64,000 bases of DNA from a virus (IMGVR_UViG_2811995317_000003:1-64000); one strand, 5' to 3'. Counted from the first letter of the stretch, positions 39,259 to 49,106 are shown. Translations and numbers: made by a program. Notes: a model not told the origin generated them from the letters alone.

Positions 39259-39881
39259 TGGCAACAAATAACTTTAAAGCGTTCGCGCTTGATCCTAACG
39301 CTAATGTTATGTCCCAGGCTGACTGGGAAGCGCTTCCGGCATTGCTGTCTGGATTTACAGCGGGTAAAGCGGCCAGCGCACAGGTAAATAAAGCACTGCG
39401 CCAAGGTTCCACCATTGCAGCTGTGGTTGGGCAATTTATTGCGAACTCTGGTGTGGATGCTCTGGATAATGGGGATGTGTCCGGGCTGGTGACAAAATTC
39501 ACGAATGCGCTTATCGCAAACCTCGGTTTGGGAACAGCGGCCAAAAGAAACGGAATTACAGGGAATATAGCAAACCCAGGGTATTTAAAAATTCCAATGA
39601 CAATGGGGGCTACTGAACGAACTTTTATTATTCAGTTTGGTGGTATTAATAATGGTGGTTCAGGAACAGCGGGTAGTTCGACGTTTCCTATAGCATTCCC
39701 TAATACGGCTGTAGGGGTGATAATGACTGGTCAGGATTCTTCAAATGGTGGCTTCTGCGTAACATCAAACTCCATGACCAGTACTGGTGTAAGCGCGACA
39801 TTCCGCGACATATCGAATGCGCCATATCCACACGTGCCGACCCGTTTGCAATCGGCAGTTTATTTTGTCTTTGGATACTGA
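39258..39881 (+). CDS. short tail fibre protein
   Basis: conserved anchor MATNNFKAFA...QVNKALRQ; C-terminal FPIAFP...GY. Confidence 0.8.
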   Translation: MATNNFKAFALDPNANVMSQADWEALPALLSGFTAGKAASAQVNKALRQGSTIAAVVGQFIANSGVDALDNGDVSGLVTKFTNALIANLGLGTAAKRNGITGNIANPGYLKIPMTMGATERTFIIQFGGINNGGSGTAGSSTFPIAFPNTAVGVIMTGQDSSNGGFCVTSNSMTSTGVSATFRDISNAPYPHVPTRLQSAVYFVFGY

Positions 39882-39883
39882 AT

Positions 39884-40318
39884 ATGAATAACTTTATCTA
39901 TAGCCCATCTTTGAACCTTTTTTATGATTCCGAATTGGTTCAGGAGTATAAAAATGCAGGGACTTGGCCTGATGATGGTGTTAATGTATCGGATGCTGAT
40001 TTCTTAAAATATTCTGGTCCAGCCCCTGAGGGAATGGTAAGGATATGTGGCGGCGAAAACTACCCAGCTTGGGGAGAAATTCCCCCATTAACCCACGATG
40101 AAGAAGTTGCGCAAGCTGATGATAAGCAGCAAGAACTTATTGCCAGTGCAAATGCATACATGAATAGTAAACAGTGGCCCGGTAAAGCAGCGCTGGGAAG
40201 GCTCAAGGGTGACGAACTGGTTCAGTACAACGCGTGGCTTGATTACCTTGACGCACTGGATGCGATAGATACCTCGAATGCCCCGAATGTCGATTGGCCG
40301 CAATCGCCAGAAGTGTAA
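39884..40318 (+). CDS. tail fibre assembly chaperone
   Basis: WPGKAALGRL...WLDYLDAL..IDTS.AP.V.WP. Confidence 0.88.
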   Translation: MNNFIYSPSLNLFYDSELVQEYKNAGTWPDDGVNVSDADFLKYSGPAPEGMVRICGGENYPAWGEIPPLTHDEEVAQADDKQQELIASANAYMNSKQWPGKAALGRLKGDELVQYNAWLDYLDALDAIDTSNAPNVDWPQSPEV

Positions 40319-40322
40319 ATAA

Positions 40323-40346
40323 ATAAGGGGCATATTAGCCCCTTAT
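40323..40346. terminator. bidirectional hairpin between convergent genes
   Basis: ATAAGGGGC-ATATTA-GCCCCTTAT. Confidence 0.7.
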
Positions 40347-40349
40347 AAT

Positions 40350-41426
40350 CTATTTTGTATACTTAACACGTAATTTAAGGAACGGCTTTTCAACGTACGC
40401 ATATGTTATCGCTGATGCAATAATTGTTACTGGGATTACTACCAAAATCACCTTAACCAAATGCATTGTTGGGTTAGGGTCCATAGGTATTAATTTTCGT
40501 TGTAGGATATAGTAAATCGGAAGATGCAGAAGATACATAGAGAAACTTAATCCACCAAGGTAGGCTAGTGCCGCATCAACTTTTTGATTCATTGAAAATG
40601 TAGCAGCACAATAGGCATAAATTACCACTGCCCAGAATGCGGCTTCGATAGTAAGGCTAAAGGTTACAAAGTCAGGGATGCTTTTTTTGTTTAAGTAAAG
40701 TACAGCGGTCAGTCCGACTAACCCTGCAAGCATAATGGCAGCTGCTCTTAATAAACTGATTTTCTCTCTTTTAATGTAAAGATAACCGGCAATCATTCCT
40801 ATGAGAAACTGATCCATTCTACCTATGATTGTATGGTAAAAAATACCGTAAATAGGAGCGCCTTTAAAGGTTACAAGAGAATATTTGACCATCAGCATGA
40901 CGGCAATCATACCCAGCAGAGTTTTGATACCATCATTTCTCATGAAAACCGCGAGGAATGGAAATAATAAATAAAATTGAAATTCAACCGCAATTGTCCA
41001 TATTTGCCCTGTTGGGTAGTATTGTTGCCCCCACCCGGTTGTGGCGTGTCCAGTATTTAATTGAAGTGTGAGGATTCGGAGTATATCCATCGGGTCTGAG
41101 TTTGCACGGTTAACGCTGATTGCGATAAAACACAGCAACACAGTCATAGGCGCTATTCGTAAGATTCTGTTTTTTATAAAACTTCCATACGCGATGTCTT
41201 TAATACCTGCATTTGATATTATACAAAACAGAAAGCCGGATAATACCAAGAACAGACTGACGCCGCTGTTTCCTCCAGTAATCCATAATTTGAGAAAATC
41301 AATTGGACCTGAAAGCTCATTGTTGTATTTCAAAAAACCACGACAATGATAAATTATGACTAACGCCGCAGCGAAAAATCTCAAGTGATCTAATCGAGAA
41401 AGATAACTGTTATTAAGTGTTTTCAT
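40350..41426 (-). CDS. acyltransferase-3 family membrane O-acetyltransferase (Oac/OafA-like)
   Basis: LDHLRFFAA...H, GVSLFLVLSGF, RILRI.P, WTIAVEFQFY, SFSMYLLH, VEKPF; low GC; next to att. Confidence 0.9.
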   Translation of the reverse strand: MKTLNNSYLSRLDHLRFFAAALVIIYHCRGFLKYNNELSGPIDFLKLWITGGNSGVSLFLVLSGFLFCIISNAGIKDIAYGSFIKNRILRIAPMTVLLCFIAISVNRANSDPMDILRILTLQLNTGHATTGWGQQYYPTGQIWTIAVEFQFYLLFPFLAVFMRNDGIKTLLGMIAVMLMVKYSLVTFKGAPIYGIFYHTIIGRMDQFLIGMIAGYLYIKREKISLLRAAAIMLAGLVGLTAVLYLNKKSIPDFVTFSLTIEAAFWAVVIYAYCAATFSMNQKVDAALAYLGGLSFSMYLLHLPIYYILQRKLIPMDPNPTMHLVKVILVVIPVTIIASAITYAYVEKPFLKLRVKYTK

Positions 41427-41719
41427 TCCATAGCCCATAAAACGGTTAAAAAGCAATCAATTCTAATTGTTGAGTAAGAGTATCATCTTTCAGAAGGGAG
41501 GAAAGTGATCGTGAGTCAACATGATTCTAATTTGTTCAGAAATCACCCATCCAGATGCATGCTTGAGGCCTGCGCGGATTTTGCAGTCAGAGCTTTGTGC
41601 CATTTTTGTGTCATACATGGCAAATCACCTTCCTCTTTCTTACATCATACGCCATTGAGTTGCGCAATGTGAATGCGGCAAAGTGCATATAAAACAGCTA
41701 GTTAAATGTGATTCTACTA

Positions 41720-41765
41720 ATTCGTAATGCGAAGGTCGTAGGTTCGACTCCTATTATCGGCACCA
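41720..41765 (+). repeat. att junction: attR of prophage 1 and attL of prophage 2
   Basis: 3' half of thrW: ATTCGTAATGCGAAGGTCGTAGGTTCGACTCCTATTATCGGCACCA. Confidence 0.95.
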
Positions 41766-41779
41766 GAAAATTCAATCAG

Positions 41780-42943
41780 TTACGTGTTATTCGTACCCTC
41801 CTTGTTTTCCATATGGGACAGATTTGGGACACAATCGCCAAAAATTGAGTCGATTTGCTTGGCATGTTCGGTCAGATGATTTGGTGCCAGGTGTGCATAC
41901 CGGCGTACCATTTCGATAGACTCCCACCCGCCCATTTCCTGCAGTACAGATATCGGTACTCCGGCCTGAACTAACCAACTTGCCCAGGTGTGTCTCAGAT
42001 CGTGAAATCTGAAATCCTCAATACCAGCTCGCTTTAATGCTGCCCGCCAGGCGGTGTTGGCGTCATACCGCATTTTCCTCACAGCTGGCGCTTTCGTTCC
42101 GTCCGGCTTAGTGCAGCTCTCCTTATAGACGAACACCCATTTGTGGTGACTTCCTATTTGTCTTTTCAGCACGCGACATGCAGTATCATTCAGTGCCACG
42201 CCAATGGCCTGATTCGATTTGCTCTGCTCCGGGTGTATCCATGCCACCCGGCGCTGCATGTCAATCTGCTGCCACTCCAGATTGATGATGTTCGACCGAC
42301 GAAGTCCTGTAGCCAGCGCAAACTCGACAACAGACTTTAGCGGCTCCGGGCATTCATCAATCAGCCTTTTAGCCTCGTGCGGCTCCAGCCAACGGATACG
42401 CTTATTCTTTGGCTGGGGAACCTTGACGATAGGGGCCTTATCCAGCATCTTCCATTCACGTTCTGCCGCACGGAGAAGCGCCTTGATAAATGAAAGGTGT
42501 GTGGCCTTTGTCGCCACCGATGCCGGGCGCGGAACGTAGTCAGGCGTTTCCTTGCCTTTCTTCGTTTGCGCAGCGTTCATCAGCTTCCAGTTTTCCTCAT
42601 GCCTTCGGTTGGTCATCTTCTGTATGGCGGCGTAGATCCGCGATTCAGTGATGTCCTTCAGTTGCATGCCGGCAAAGTGCTGGAGCCAGAATCCGATCCG
42701 GCTCTTATCATCATCCAGCGACTTCTTGTGCGCCTTCTCCTCAAGCCACCTGACACAGGCATCCTCAAATATCATGTCAGGAACCTCACCGAGCTTGCTC
42801 ACCCGCCAGGCTTCGGCCTTTAGCTTGTCATGGAGTTCCGTGGCCTGCCTTTTGTCCTTTGTCCCAAGAGACTGCTTAAATCTTTTGCCGTCCGGCAATG
42901 TGAAGCTGGCGTACCAGGTTTCACCTCTGCGAAAGAGTGACAT
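41780..42943 (-). CDS. int: tyrosine integrase, P22 Int-like
   Basis: [17 protein letters not shown] start (ATG 42943), 387 aa, RHDLRH/Y motifs. Confidence 0.96.
   Translation of the reverse strand: MSLFRRGETWYASFTLPDGKRFKQSLGTKDKRQATELHDKLKAEAWRVSKLGEVPDMIFEDACVRWLEEKAHKKSLDDDKSRIGFWLQHFAGMQLKDITESRIYAAIQKMTNRRHEENWKLMNAAQTKKGKETPDYVPRPASVATKATHLSFIKALLRAAEREWKMLDKAPIVKVPQPKNKRIRWLEPHEAKRLIDECPEPLKSVVEFALATGLRRSNIINLEWQQIDMQRRVAWIHPEQSKSNQAIGVALNDTACRVLKRQIGSHHKWVFVYKESCTKPDGTKAPAVRKMRYDANTAWRAALKRAGIEDFRFHDLRHTWASWLVQAGVPISVLQEMGGWESIEMVRRYAHLAPNHLTEHAKQIDSIFGDCVPNLSHMENKEGTNNT
41814..41831 (+). repeat. arm-type Int site pair TGGGACA x2, 11-bp spacing
   Basis: 41814-41820 and 41825-41831; resembles recalled P22 arm motif TGGGAC. 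Confidence 0.65.
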
Positions 42944-43170
42944 ATTAATTCCTCTCGTATGCCATCGCCCGCGCTCACCTGGACAGTATGCAGCGGTGAC
43001 TTGAGCGCCGCAATGCAGGCCTGTCGGGTAGTGAGGTAAGGGGATTTTGGTTTGGATGGGTCTTTGCGGGTTGCCTGCAGTCTGCCGGTGCGGATCCAGT
43101 TCGCAGCTGTTGGTCTGGATATGCCCAGCATTGCGCAGGCCTGATTGAGAGTGATGCTGTATTGTTCCAC
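42820..43170 (-). CDS. xis: excisionase, P22 Xis-like
   Basis: 116 aa; [22 protein letters not shown]. Confidence 0.9.
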   Translation of the reverse strand: MEQYSITLNQACAMLGISRPTAANWIRTGRLQATRKDPSKPKSPYLTTRQACIAALKSPLHTVQVSAGDGIREELICHSFAEVKPGTPASHCRTAKDLSSLLGQRTKGRPRNSMTS

Positions 43171-43277
43171 TGCGTTCTCCAGGCAAAAAAATGCCCTCGC
43201 AATGGAGGGCTGAAAGGGGGATAACGTGGCAGTGCTTTCGCACCCAATAGCCAGCTCATAACTGGCTATCAGTTGCG

Positions 43278-44030
43278 TCAGCCTGGAATGACCACGATGA
43301 CGGTATTCACCATCGTTCCAGATGACTTAAATGCACCTTCTGGCAGTTCTTCGATGTGTCCGCCGCGCTGTTCGATGAGTTGACGGAAATCAGTTGTCAG
43401 CTTGTTGCTTCGAAACGTCACAGACGAAGCCATAACCGATACCAACAGGCCGCCAGGTTTAAGGAATTTCAGTGCGTGAGATACATGCTTAATATCTGCC
43501 TGTCGGCCAAAGGGAGGATTCATAACAATGCGATCGAAAGATGCCATGGGCTCAACAGAAAGGAAGTCTATGGGGTCACCAATTTTCGCGTTTTTGATAT
43601 TCATACTGTGAAGGTGAGCATTATTTTCTGGCATCAGTTCGAACATATCGACTTTAACGTCCAAAGCTGATTGTTGAGCGGCCAGCGCTAAGGCTCCCTT
43701 ACCAGCACTTGGCTCAAGAACTCGCATGCCGTTTTGAATATCTGCCAATTCTATTACTCGTTCGGCTACAGCTGGCGGGGTCGGGAAGAACTCAAAATCA
43801 TCCTTTGGTACAACGACGTCACCGGTGAGAATAATTTGCTCGATGCGATCTGAGGCATCGGTATCAAAAATGTGCGCTTTGGCTTTGCGATTCCATTTCC
43901 CTCCAGCGGCCTCCAAAACTTTATTTGTTCTGGTGTAGAGGTTACGATCAAGCTGACCGGTAAGGAAGAGTTGCGGGCCATTACACTCTGCCGCGCTCAG
44001 TACGTTCAAAACTTCATTATCTACTCGCAT
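43278..44030 (-). CDS. orphan SAM-dependent N6-adenine-type DNA methyltransferase
   Basis: motif I VLEPSAGKG before motif IV MNPPF. Confidence 0.8.
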   Translation of the reverse strand: MRVDNEVLNVLSAAECNGPQLFLTGQLDRNLYTRTNKVLEAAGGKWNRKAKAHIFDTDASDRIEQIILTGDVVVPKDDFEFFPTPPAVAERVIELADIQNGMRVLEPSAGKGALALAAQQSALDVKVDMFELMPENNAHLHSMNIKNAKIGDPIDFLSVEPMASFDRIVMNPPFGRQADIKHVSHALKFLKPGGLLVSVMASSVTFRSNKLTTDFRQLIEQRGGHIEELPEGAFKSSGTMVNTVIVVIPG

Positions 44031-44276
44031 TCGTTGATCTCCGGGCGTAAAAAAAGCCCTGATGGGCTGGGTGATTAAATTTTGTTTTCAGTGGCGTCAT
44101 TCAAGCTTATTGAGAAGGGAGATATAGTCGACGATGGCGGCACCAAGGCCCCGGACATGACAGCTAATGCGATGGATGTTCGTTTCATGGATGCTCCCGG
44201 AACTGTCGGTTAATTCGGTTGAAGGTGAATGCCAGCAATAAAAAAGGCCGCGATAGCGACCTGGGGATTAGTGCTT

Positions 44277-44468
44277 TCATGCTGCGCCGCCTTCATTCTT
44301 TTCGGCTTCGACCGCCATCTGCTCAAGCCGTCGCGATAGCTCGGCGGCCAGCGTCTGGAATTCTTCCTCTGTCGCCACCGGGATCGGCACAAAGCGAATC
44401 CCGATTTGCGCGAGGTTATTGGCAATTTCGAGGCTCTTCCTCAAATCAACTGGAGAGACTCTGTTCAT
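44277..44468 (-). CDS. small phage protein (DUF1382-like)
   Basis: SPVDLRKSLEIAN.LAQIGIRFVPIP. Confidence 0.6.
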   Translation of the reverse strand: MNRVSPVDLRKSLEIANNLAQIGIRFVPIPVATEEEFQTLAAELSRRLEQMAVEAEKNEGGAA

Positions 44469-44761
44469 GCGGCGCGATCCTCTTCCTGGAAGATAATTTC
44501 CATTTCCAGCTTCTCGGCCAGGGCATTCTCCGCTCGGGCACCAGCGGAGTGCTCCCAGCCTTCAAGCATGTAGATAGCATCAGCACAGCGAAGCATTGCC
44601 AGGCAGATGTCCATGTACTCGGCCTGGGTTAATCCATCTGGTAGACGGGCGGGATTCAGAACAATATGGCCTTTTGACCAGAGATGAAAATGCGCATGGT
44701 TAAAAGCGGCGCGGTTAAAATTAGGTAGGCCGCTCATGGGCCCGGCAATATAAACTTTCAC
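44465..44761 (-). CDS. DUF4406 protein (second copy)
   Basis: VYIAGPMSG...LNPA...YMDICLAMLRCAD. Confidence 0.8.
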   Translation of the reverse strand: MKVYIAGPMSGLPNFNRAAFNHAHFHLWSKGHIVLNPARLPDGLTQAEYMDICLAMLRCADAIYMLEGWEHSAGARAENALAEKLEMEIIFQEEDRAA

Positions 44762-44976
44762 GATTCCACTCCGAAGCGGCGATTAAGCCTGCCTGTGTAT
44801 ACGACGAACTCCAGGAGGCTAACTCCCAGAGCTTCAATTTTCTTGTGATGCTTGTTGATGATGGGTGGCACCGTTTCGTTCCAGTTAGGCTTTGGCTTCT
44901 TGCGCATGGCCTGCTGGATTTCCTCGGTGCAGCGGCGGCAGGCGGCGCGGACGGCGTTTTCATTTGCTGGCGTCAT
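44758..44976 (-). CDS. conserved phage hypothetical protein
   Basis: 72 aa, coupled on both sides. Confidence 0.6.
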   Translation of the reverse strand: MTPANENAVRAACRRCTEEIQQAMRKKPKPNWNETVPPIINKHHKKIEALGVSLLEFVVYTGRLNRRFGVES

Positions 44977-45632
44977 GCGGCCTCCGTTTTCACAACATCG
45001 ATGGCGCAGCCGGGCAGCAATTCAACCGCGGCGGTGTCGCACTGATTTCCCCAGTGATCCCAGCCCGGCGCCGCGCAGCGGCTGAATAACTCAATGCGTG
45101 GCACATCGCCGTACAGCAACTCCAGCCGATGACGCACTTCCCACGGCTTTTCGCTGTGAGCGCCCAGCGGGCTGTAGACCACCTGCTTAATCCCGGCGTG
45201 CTTTCGCTCCAGCCCGGCGCCGCGGGTGGCAATCAACAGGTCTTCTGTATTGGCCCGGGTGTGGTTGCCTCCATTCATGCGCGTCTCGGCGTTAAGCAGA
45301 TCGAGGAAGTCGTAAAAGTCGGTGACTTCACCCTCGGCCAGCGCCTTGTTGATGCGCAGCTCGGCGTTCTGATTCAGCTTCACCCAGGTAAAGCCCTTCA
45401 TAGTGCGAACGGTAAAACCCCACGCCTCGGCCAGTTCGATAGCCTCCTGGTTATGCGTCCCGGTGTACCACATCGCCAGCGCCGCGTTTTCGGCGGCAAG
45501 TTCCCACACTGGCAGGCGCTTGATGTCGATGAGTTTCATGGTGGAGTAGTGATCGGCAGCGGCGCCGTTGCTGATTGTGTTGCCGTAAGCCCACGGAGGA
45601 TCAGCATAGATAAGAGAGTATTTTCCGGTCAT
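44973..45632 (-). CDS. MT-A70 family adenine methyltransferase
   Basis: IYADPPW, AIELAEAWGF, HSEKP, RIELFSR. Confidence 0.9.
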   Translation of the reverse strand: MTGKYSLIYADPPWAYGNTISNGAAADHYSTMKLIDIKRLPVWELAAENAALAMWYTGTHNQEAIELAEAWGFTVRTMKGFTWVKLNQNAELRINKALAEGEVTDFYDFLDLLNAETRMNGGNHTRANTEDLLIATRGAGLERKHAGIKQVVYSPLGAHSEKPWEVRHRLELLYGDVPRIELFSRCAAPGWDHWGNQCDTAAVELLPGCAIDVVKTEAA

Positions 45633-46093
45633 GCATCCTCCCGCTCCGGATCGCTAACATCCCAGCCATTACGCTCAATATTGGTTTGCAGCCGCTTATC
45701 TCCGACCTCATCGATGCTGCGGCCGGTAATCGCTGCGACTTCAGAGTTTGAGTGCCGCCACAGCAGCGCCAGCTCTTCGGTAGTCCATTCAGGCATGACT
45801 TTTCCCCCTGCCGATCGGGCAAGTGAGTTGCGCTTGCTGCGCACGGAGTGGATAGAGCGGCCGGTGGCCGCGGCGATTTCTTCGGGAGTGAATCGGCCAA
45901 ACAGAAACAGCTCTGCTTTGGTCCACCTCCTGAAGTTCGTACTGGCTGGGAATTTCACATCGAGGCGAGCCGCCTGGGTGTAAACGGCGCGCTCTGTTCT
46001 TTCCAGTTTTTTGGCAATCAATGAGATGGGCATCTGTCCTGCAACTTCATGCAGGAACAGGTTTTCCCACGGCTGCCAGTGATTGGCGCCCAT
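45629..46093 (-). CDS. hypothetical DNA-binding protein with three Myb-like Trp repeats
   Basis: HWQPWE, RWTKAE, EWTTEE repeats. Confidence 0.6.
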   Translation of the reverse strand: MGANHWQPWENLFLHEVAGQMPISLIAKKLERTERAVYTQAARLDVKFPASTNFRRWTKAELFLFGRFTPEEIAAATGRSIHSVRSKRNSLARSAGGKVMPEWTTEELALLWRHSNSEVAAITGRSIDEVGDKRLQTNIERNGWDVSDPEREDA

Positions 46094-46095
46094 GA

Positions 46096-46782
46096 CTATC
46101 TCCACTGTTCCCCGAACGTGAATCCGATCTCCGCCAGCGCCTCGTCCATCTTCTCAATAAACTCCGGCACCATTTCGTTGAAATCGGACATGTACTGCGG
46201 ATCCCGCTCAACGACGACGTGGTGAATACCTTCGCGTTTCATGCGCGGGTCGTAGTTGGCAAAAAACCAGGCGTCTTTCCCGGTCACCCACATGCTGTAC
46301 TGCACCTGGGCCATGTACGCGGACTTGATGGCTTCGAAACCGCCAAGGCGGAATTTCATGAAGTCTCGGGAGGTGAACGGGCATTTCAGTTCGAGGCCGA
46401 AATTATTACTGCAAAGGCCGTCAGGGGAGCACGCGGTGCGCATGCTCTCGTCACGGAACAGGATCGGAGACTCCGTGACTTTCACGTCGGTGGTGAACTC
46501 GAAGAGAGTGCGGGCGTCTTCCTCGTACTGCTTGCCCCAAGCGAGAGCCTTGGCGTTAACCTCTGGCGCCACGCCGGTGCATACCTCGGCGAGCAGCGTG
46601 TGGAAGTAGGACATTTTCATGTCTGTCCATTTGGTGCCAGATCGAGGCTTGGAAATGACGTTGTGAGCGTCAGAGGCAGTAATAACTCCGAGTCTCGCCC
46701 TTGCCCATGTCTCGCTGCCTTGCTCAATTTGTGCAATTGGCCCAAATATTTGCTCAAATTTAATGAGCCACGTGTTATCCAT
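46096..46782 (-). CDS. exo: lambda-type exonuclease (YqaJ family)
   Basis: [27 protein letters not shown]. Confidence 0.93.
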   Translation of the reverse strand: MDNTWLIKFEQIFGPIAQIEQGSETWARARLGVITASDAHNVISKPRSGTKWTDMKMSYFHTLLAEVCTGVAPEVNAKALAWGKQYEEDARTLFEFTTDVKVTESPILFRDESMRTACSPDGLCSNNFGLELKCPFTSRDFMKFRLGGFEAIKSAYMAQVQYSMWVTGKDAWFFANYDPRMKREGIHHVVVERDPQYMSDFNEMVPEFIEKMDEALAEIGFTFGEQWR

Positions 46783-47395
46783 ATTTCCTCTCCTTACGGC
46801 AGTTGGCTCTTGGCGGGATGTTTATGCCTCTATTGTTGTAGCCGTGACACCATTTGTGGATGGTTGCTGATTTCACGCCAAAATGATTCGCCGCGGCTCC
46901 GGCGCTTTCAAAACGCAACCCATCAACAAACCAGTAAAACGATGTGCTTCTGTTTTCCGCCTGTTTGGTAACCGTTGCCCATCTGCAATTGTCTTTTGAA
47001 TACGGGCCTTCATTGTTCTTCCGATCTAGCTGATGCTTAGGCGTAGGAGGTGGCCCCATATCTTCAAGAAATAGCTCGAACGTCAGCCACCTTTCGCAGA
47101 TGCCGCGCTTACTGTATTTTTCGAAGTCTTTGTTGTTCGGGTTCGTGCAGCGGTTTTTCATTCCGCTCCAAATCCTGTAAACGCGGGTATTGCGCTGGCC
47201 GTGAGTAGCGTTTTTTCCTGTCATGCATCCGCAGCTGCTTATTGAATTGTTTTTAAGCTGATTTGCGGCTCTATAGCAGGAATTACCGCACACACAAAGG
47301 CATAGATACATCCTTCTACCTCTCAGCATGTGCGAGTATTCTTTGACGGTTAAGTGCCCATATTTTTCACCGGGCATAAGCGAATTGGCGTTCAT
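46775..47395 (-). CDS. freestanding HNH-type homing endonuclease
   Basis: C.C.CG, SCGC, HG...[31 protein letters not shown]; separates recT and exo. Confidence 0.85.
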   Translation of the reverse strand: MNANSLMPGEKYGHLTVKEYSHMLRGRRMYLCLCVCGNSCYRAANQLKNNSISSCGCMTGKNATHGQRNTRVYRIWSGMKNRCTNPNNKDFEKYSKRGICERWLTFELFLEDMGPPPTPKHQLDRKNNEGPYSKDNCRWATVTKQAENRSTSFYWFVDGLRFESAGAAANHFGVKSATIHKWCHGYNNRGINIPPRANCRKERKYG

Positions 47396-48309
47396 GCTGC
47401 CGCCTTCTTCTTGAGGAAGCCTAGGGCCTTAACTGCCTCGGCTTGGGTAAGCTCGGATGAATCGCGAATATCACGACGGAAAATTTGCGAACAGACTGGG
47501 AGCAGGTTTTCTTCCCATGTCTTATCCATTGCGATAAGGACGTCGTTAATCTCCTTGATAATTTCGTCCCCTGCTGGGGTTACATCGCGTTCTGGCTGGC
47601 GTTCTGCTGAGAAGTTGATACCTTCCTCACCCTCGGTATTAACATGGTCGATGGCGGCGTCCAGGCGCTCACGTCGAGGCCAGTATTTTGCTGCCTGCTT
47701 CACGACCGTCTTGAGGATCATCTGCTCTTCATCGGTGACCCAGGGACACTTCTTGCTGTTGTCAGATTTGAACTTCTTCCACGCTTCAGACCGGTCACGG
47801 ATGGAGTAGATGGCATCGATGCGCATCGTATGAGTGAGGTAATCACCATCGTCAGTTTTTACAGTTACATACGCCCCTACGATGTCTCCGCGCTGCTCTT
47901 CGGTATCAAAATCGTTGTAGATATGGATCGGCGGCTTATCGAGCCCTTCCCGGCGGAACTGGTCGTTTCTTCGAACAATAGCCGACTGGCACCACTTAAT
48001 GGCGCCAGACTGCTGCGCGATATGCATCAGGCCCATGTAACTGATGTCGAGGCAAATAGCCCCTTTACGCGGAACCAGGTAAGCCAGCTTCTGAGCTGGG
48101 TTTAGCGAAATACCGATAGCCGCAACGTTGATGATCGCGTTCTGTGTGCTGGTCTGGTTCTGGAATGCAACTTTCGCGAGGTAGTCGTTGTTCTGAAATA
48201 GCTGGATGGCGAACTGACTTTCCTTCGCCCACACCATCCGCTCGTCAGTGGCCGCCTTAATGAAAAGCGGCTCCTGTTGTTTGACGAAATCAACAAGGGT
48301 TAAGCTCAT
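47392..48309 (-). CDS. RecT/Bet-family single-strand annealing protein
   Basis: GISLNP...[29 protein letters not shown]. Confidence 0.88.
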   Translation of the reverse strand: MSLTLVDFVKQQEPLFIKAATDERMVWAKESQFAIQLFQNNDYLAKVAFQNQTSTQNAIINVAAIGISLNPAQKLAYLVPRKGAICLDISYMGLMHIAQQSGAIKWCQSAIVRRNDQFRREGLDKPPIHIYNDFDTEEQRGDIVGAYVTVKTDDGDYLTHTMRIDAIYSIRDRSEAWKKFKSDNSKKCPWVTDEEQMILKTVVKQAAKYWPRRERLDAAIDHVNTEGEEGINFSAERQPERDVTPAGDEIIKEINDVLIAMDKTWEENLLPVCSQIFRRDIRDSSELTQAEAVKALGFLKKKAAA

Positions 48310-48318
48310 AGTCCCTCC

Positions 48319-48600
48319 TTAAAATGGGCAGATTGGATGAAGGCGATCCCACTCTTCTTCGGCGCGGTCGTAACAGATGCGTGTGACATAGTCGTTATAG
48401 GCTTCCTCTGCCTTTTCACCGACTAGTGCCATTTGCGCTTCTTTTGGGAGAAACAGGCTACTCATTTGCAAAGCATATTTCGGGAACATGGCGATCAGTT
48501 CTTTCGCTCTGTCGTCGATCCACTTCTCTTTCTCGTCGGTGAGCTGCTGCTCAACCCACCGCCGATCTTCGATGCGGTCGTAAGTGAGGTATGCGTTCAT
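48319..48600 (-). CDS. putative Gam-like host nuclease inhibitor
   Basis: MNAY..DRIE...W start and position upstream of recT/exo. Confidence 0.45.
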   Translation of the reverse strand: MNAYLTYDRIEDRRWVEQQLTDEKEKWIDDRAKELIAMFPKYALQMSSLFLPKEAQMALVGEKAEEAYNDYVTRICYDRAEEEWDRLHPICPF

Positions 48601-49106
48601 AAATTCTCCGGTTTTCTTTCTTCATGAACGGCATGTTTGCCGTGCATGCGCTCTCTTGCTGCAACGACAACGGCCCTGGCCTCATTAAGGTCGGTGAAAT
48701 TTCCAAGGTGGTGTTTTTTGCCGTCTATAGAGCAGCGCGCATGCCAGCGTTTATCTTTCTTGTTCCAATAAACGCCTTTTACGCCGCTTGTGTTATTTTT
48801 TGGAGAGAGCTTATTGAGTTGATTAATCCAGTGAGGAACGTCTCTGAGGTTGCATAACCGGTTATCAGTTCTGATGCCGTTTATGTGGTCTATTTCGTGC
48901 TCGGGCCATGAACCATAGGAATAAAACCATGCAAGCCGGTGGCACAAATATCTTTCGTGGTCGATTGAGATACGAAGATAGCCAAAGGGATTTAATGATC
49001 CGGCTATAGTTCCAGAAACCATTCCACCGGCTGTTTTGAGCCTGGTGAAGATTCCTGTCTCTGCATCGTAGTGAAACAATTCCTTTAACCTCTGAATTGA
49101 AAGCAT
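48597..49106 (-). CDS. HNH endonuclease with C-terminal AP2-like domain
   Basis: HRLAW, IDHINGIRTDNRLCNLR, NTSGVKGV.W. Confidence 0.9.
   Translation of the reverse strand: MLSIQRLKELFHYDAETGIFTRLKTAGGMVSGTIAGSLNPFGYLRISIDHERYLCHRLAWFYSYGSWPEHEIDHINGIRTDNRLCNLRDVPHWINQLNKLSPKNNTSGVKGVYWNKKDKRWHARCSIDGKKHHLGNFTDLNEARAVVVAARERMHGKHAVHEERKPENL

Larger units (their letters stand above)
1396..41765. mobile_element. prophage 1: lambdoid early region with myovirus-type contractile tail, apparently complete
   Basis: bounded by att repeats; int through tail fibre in canonical order. Confidence 0.95.

Noticed and set aside
42944-43243. 100-aa N-terminal extension on the second integrase in the ORF track
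   Set aside because: It overlaps xis in another frame; the P22-like start MSLFRRG at 42943 gives 387 aa, the same as int 1.
45129-46971. Long plus-strand ORFs (284 aa and 250 aa), and similar ones such as 4851-5648 and 20610-21257
   Set aside because: Antisense shadows of well-supported genes; no motifs or RBS.
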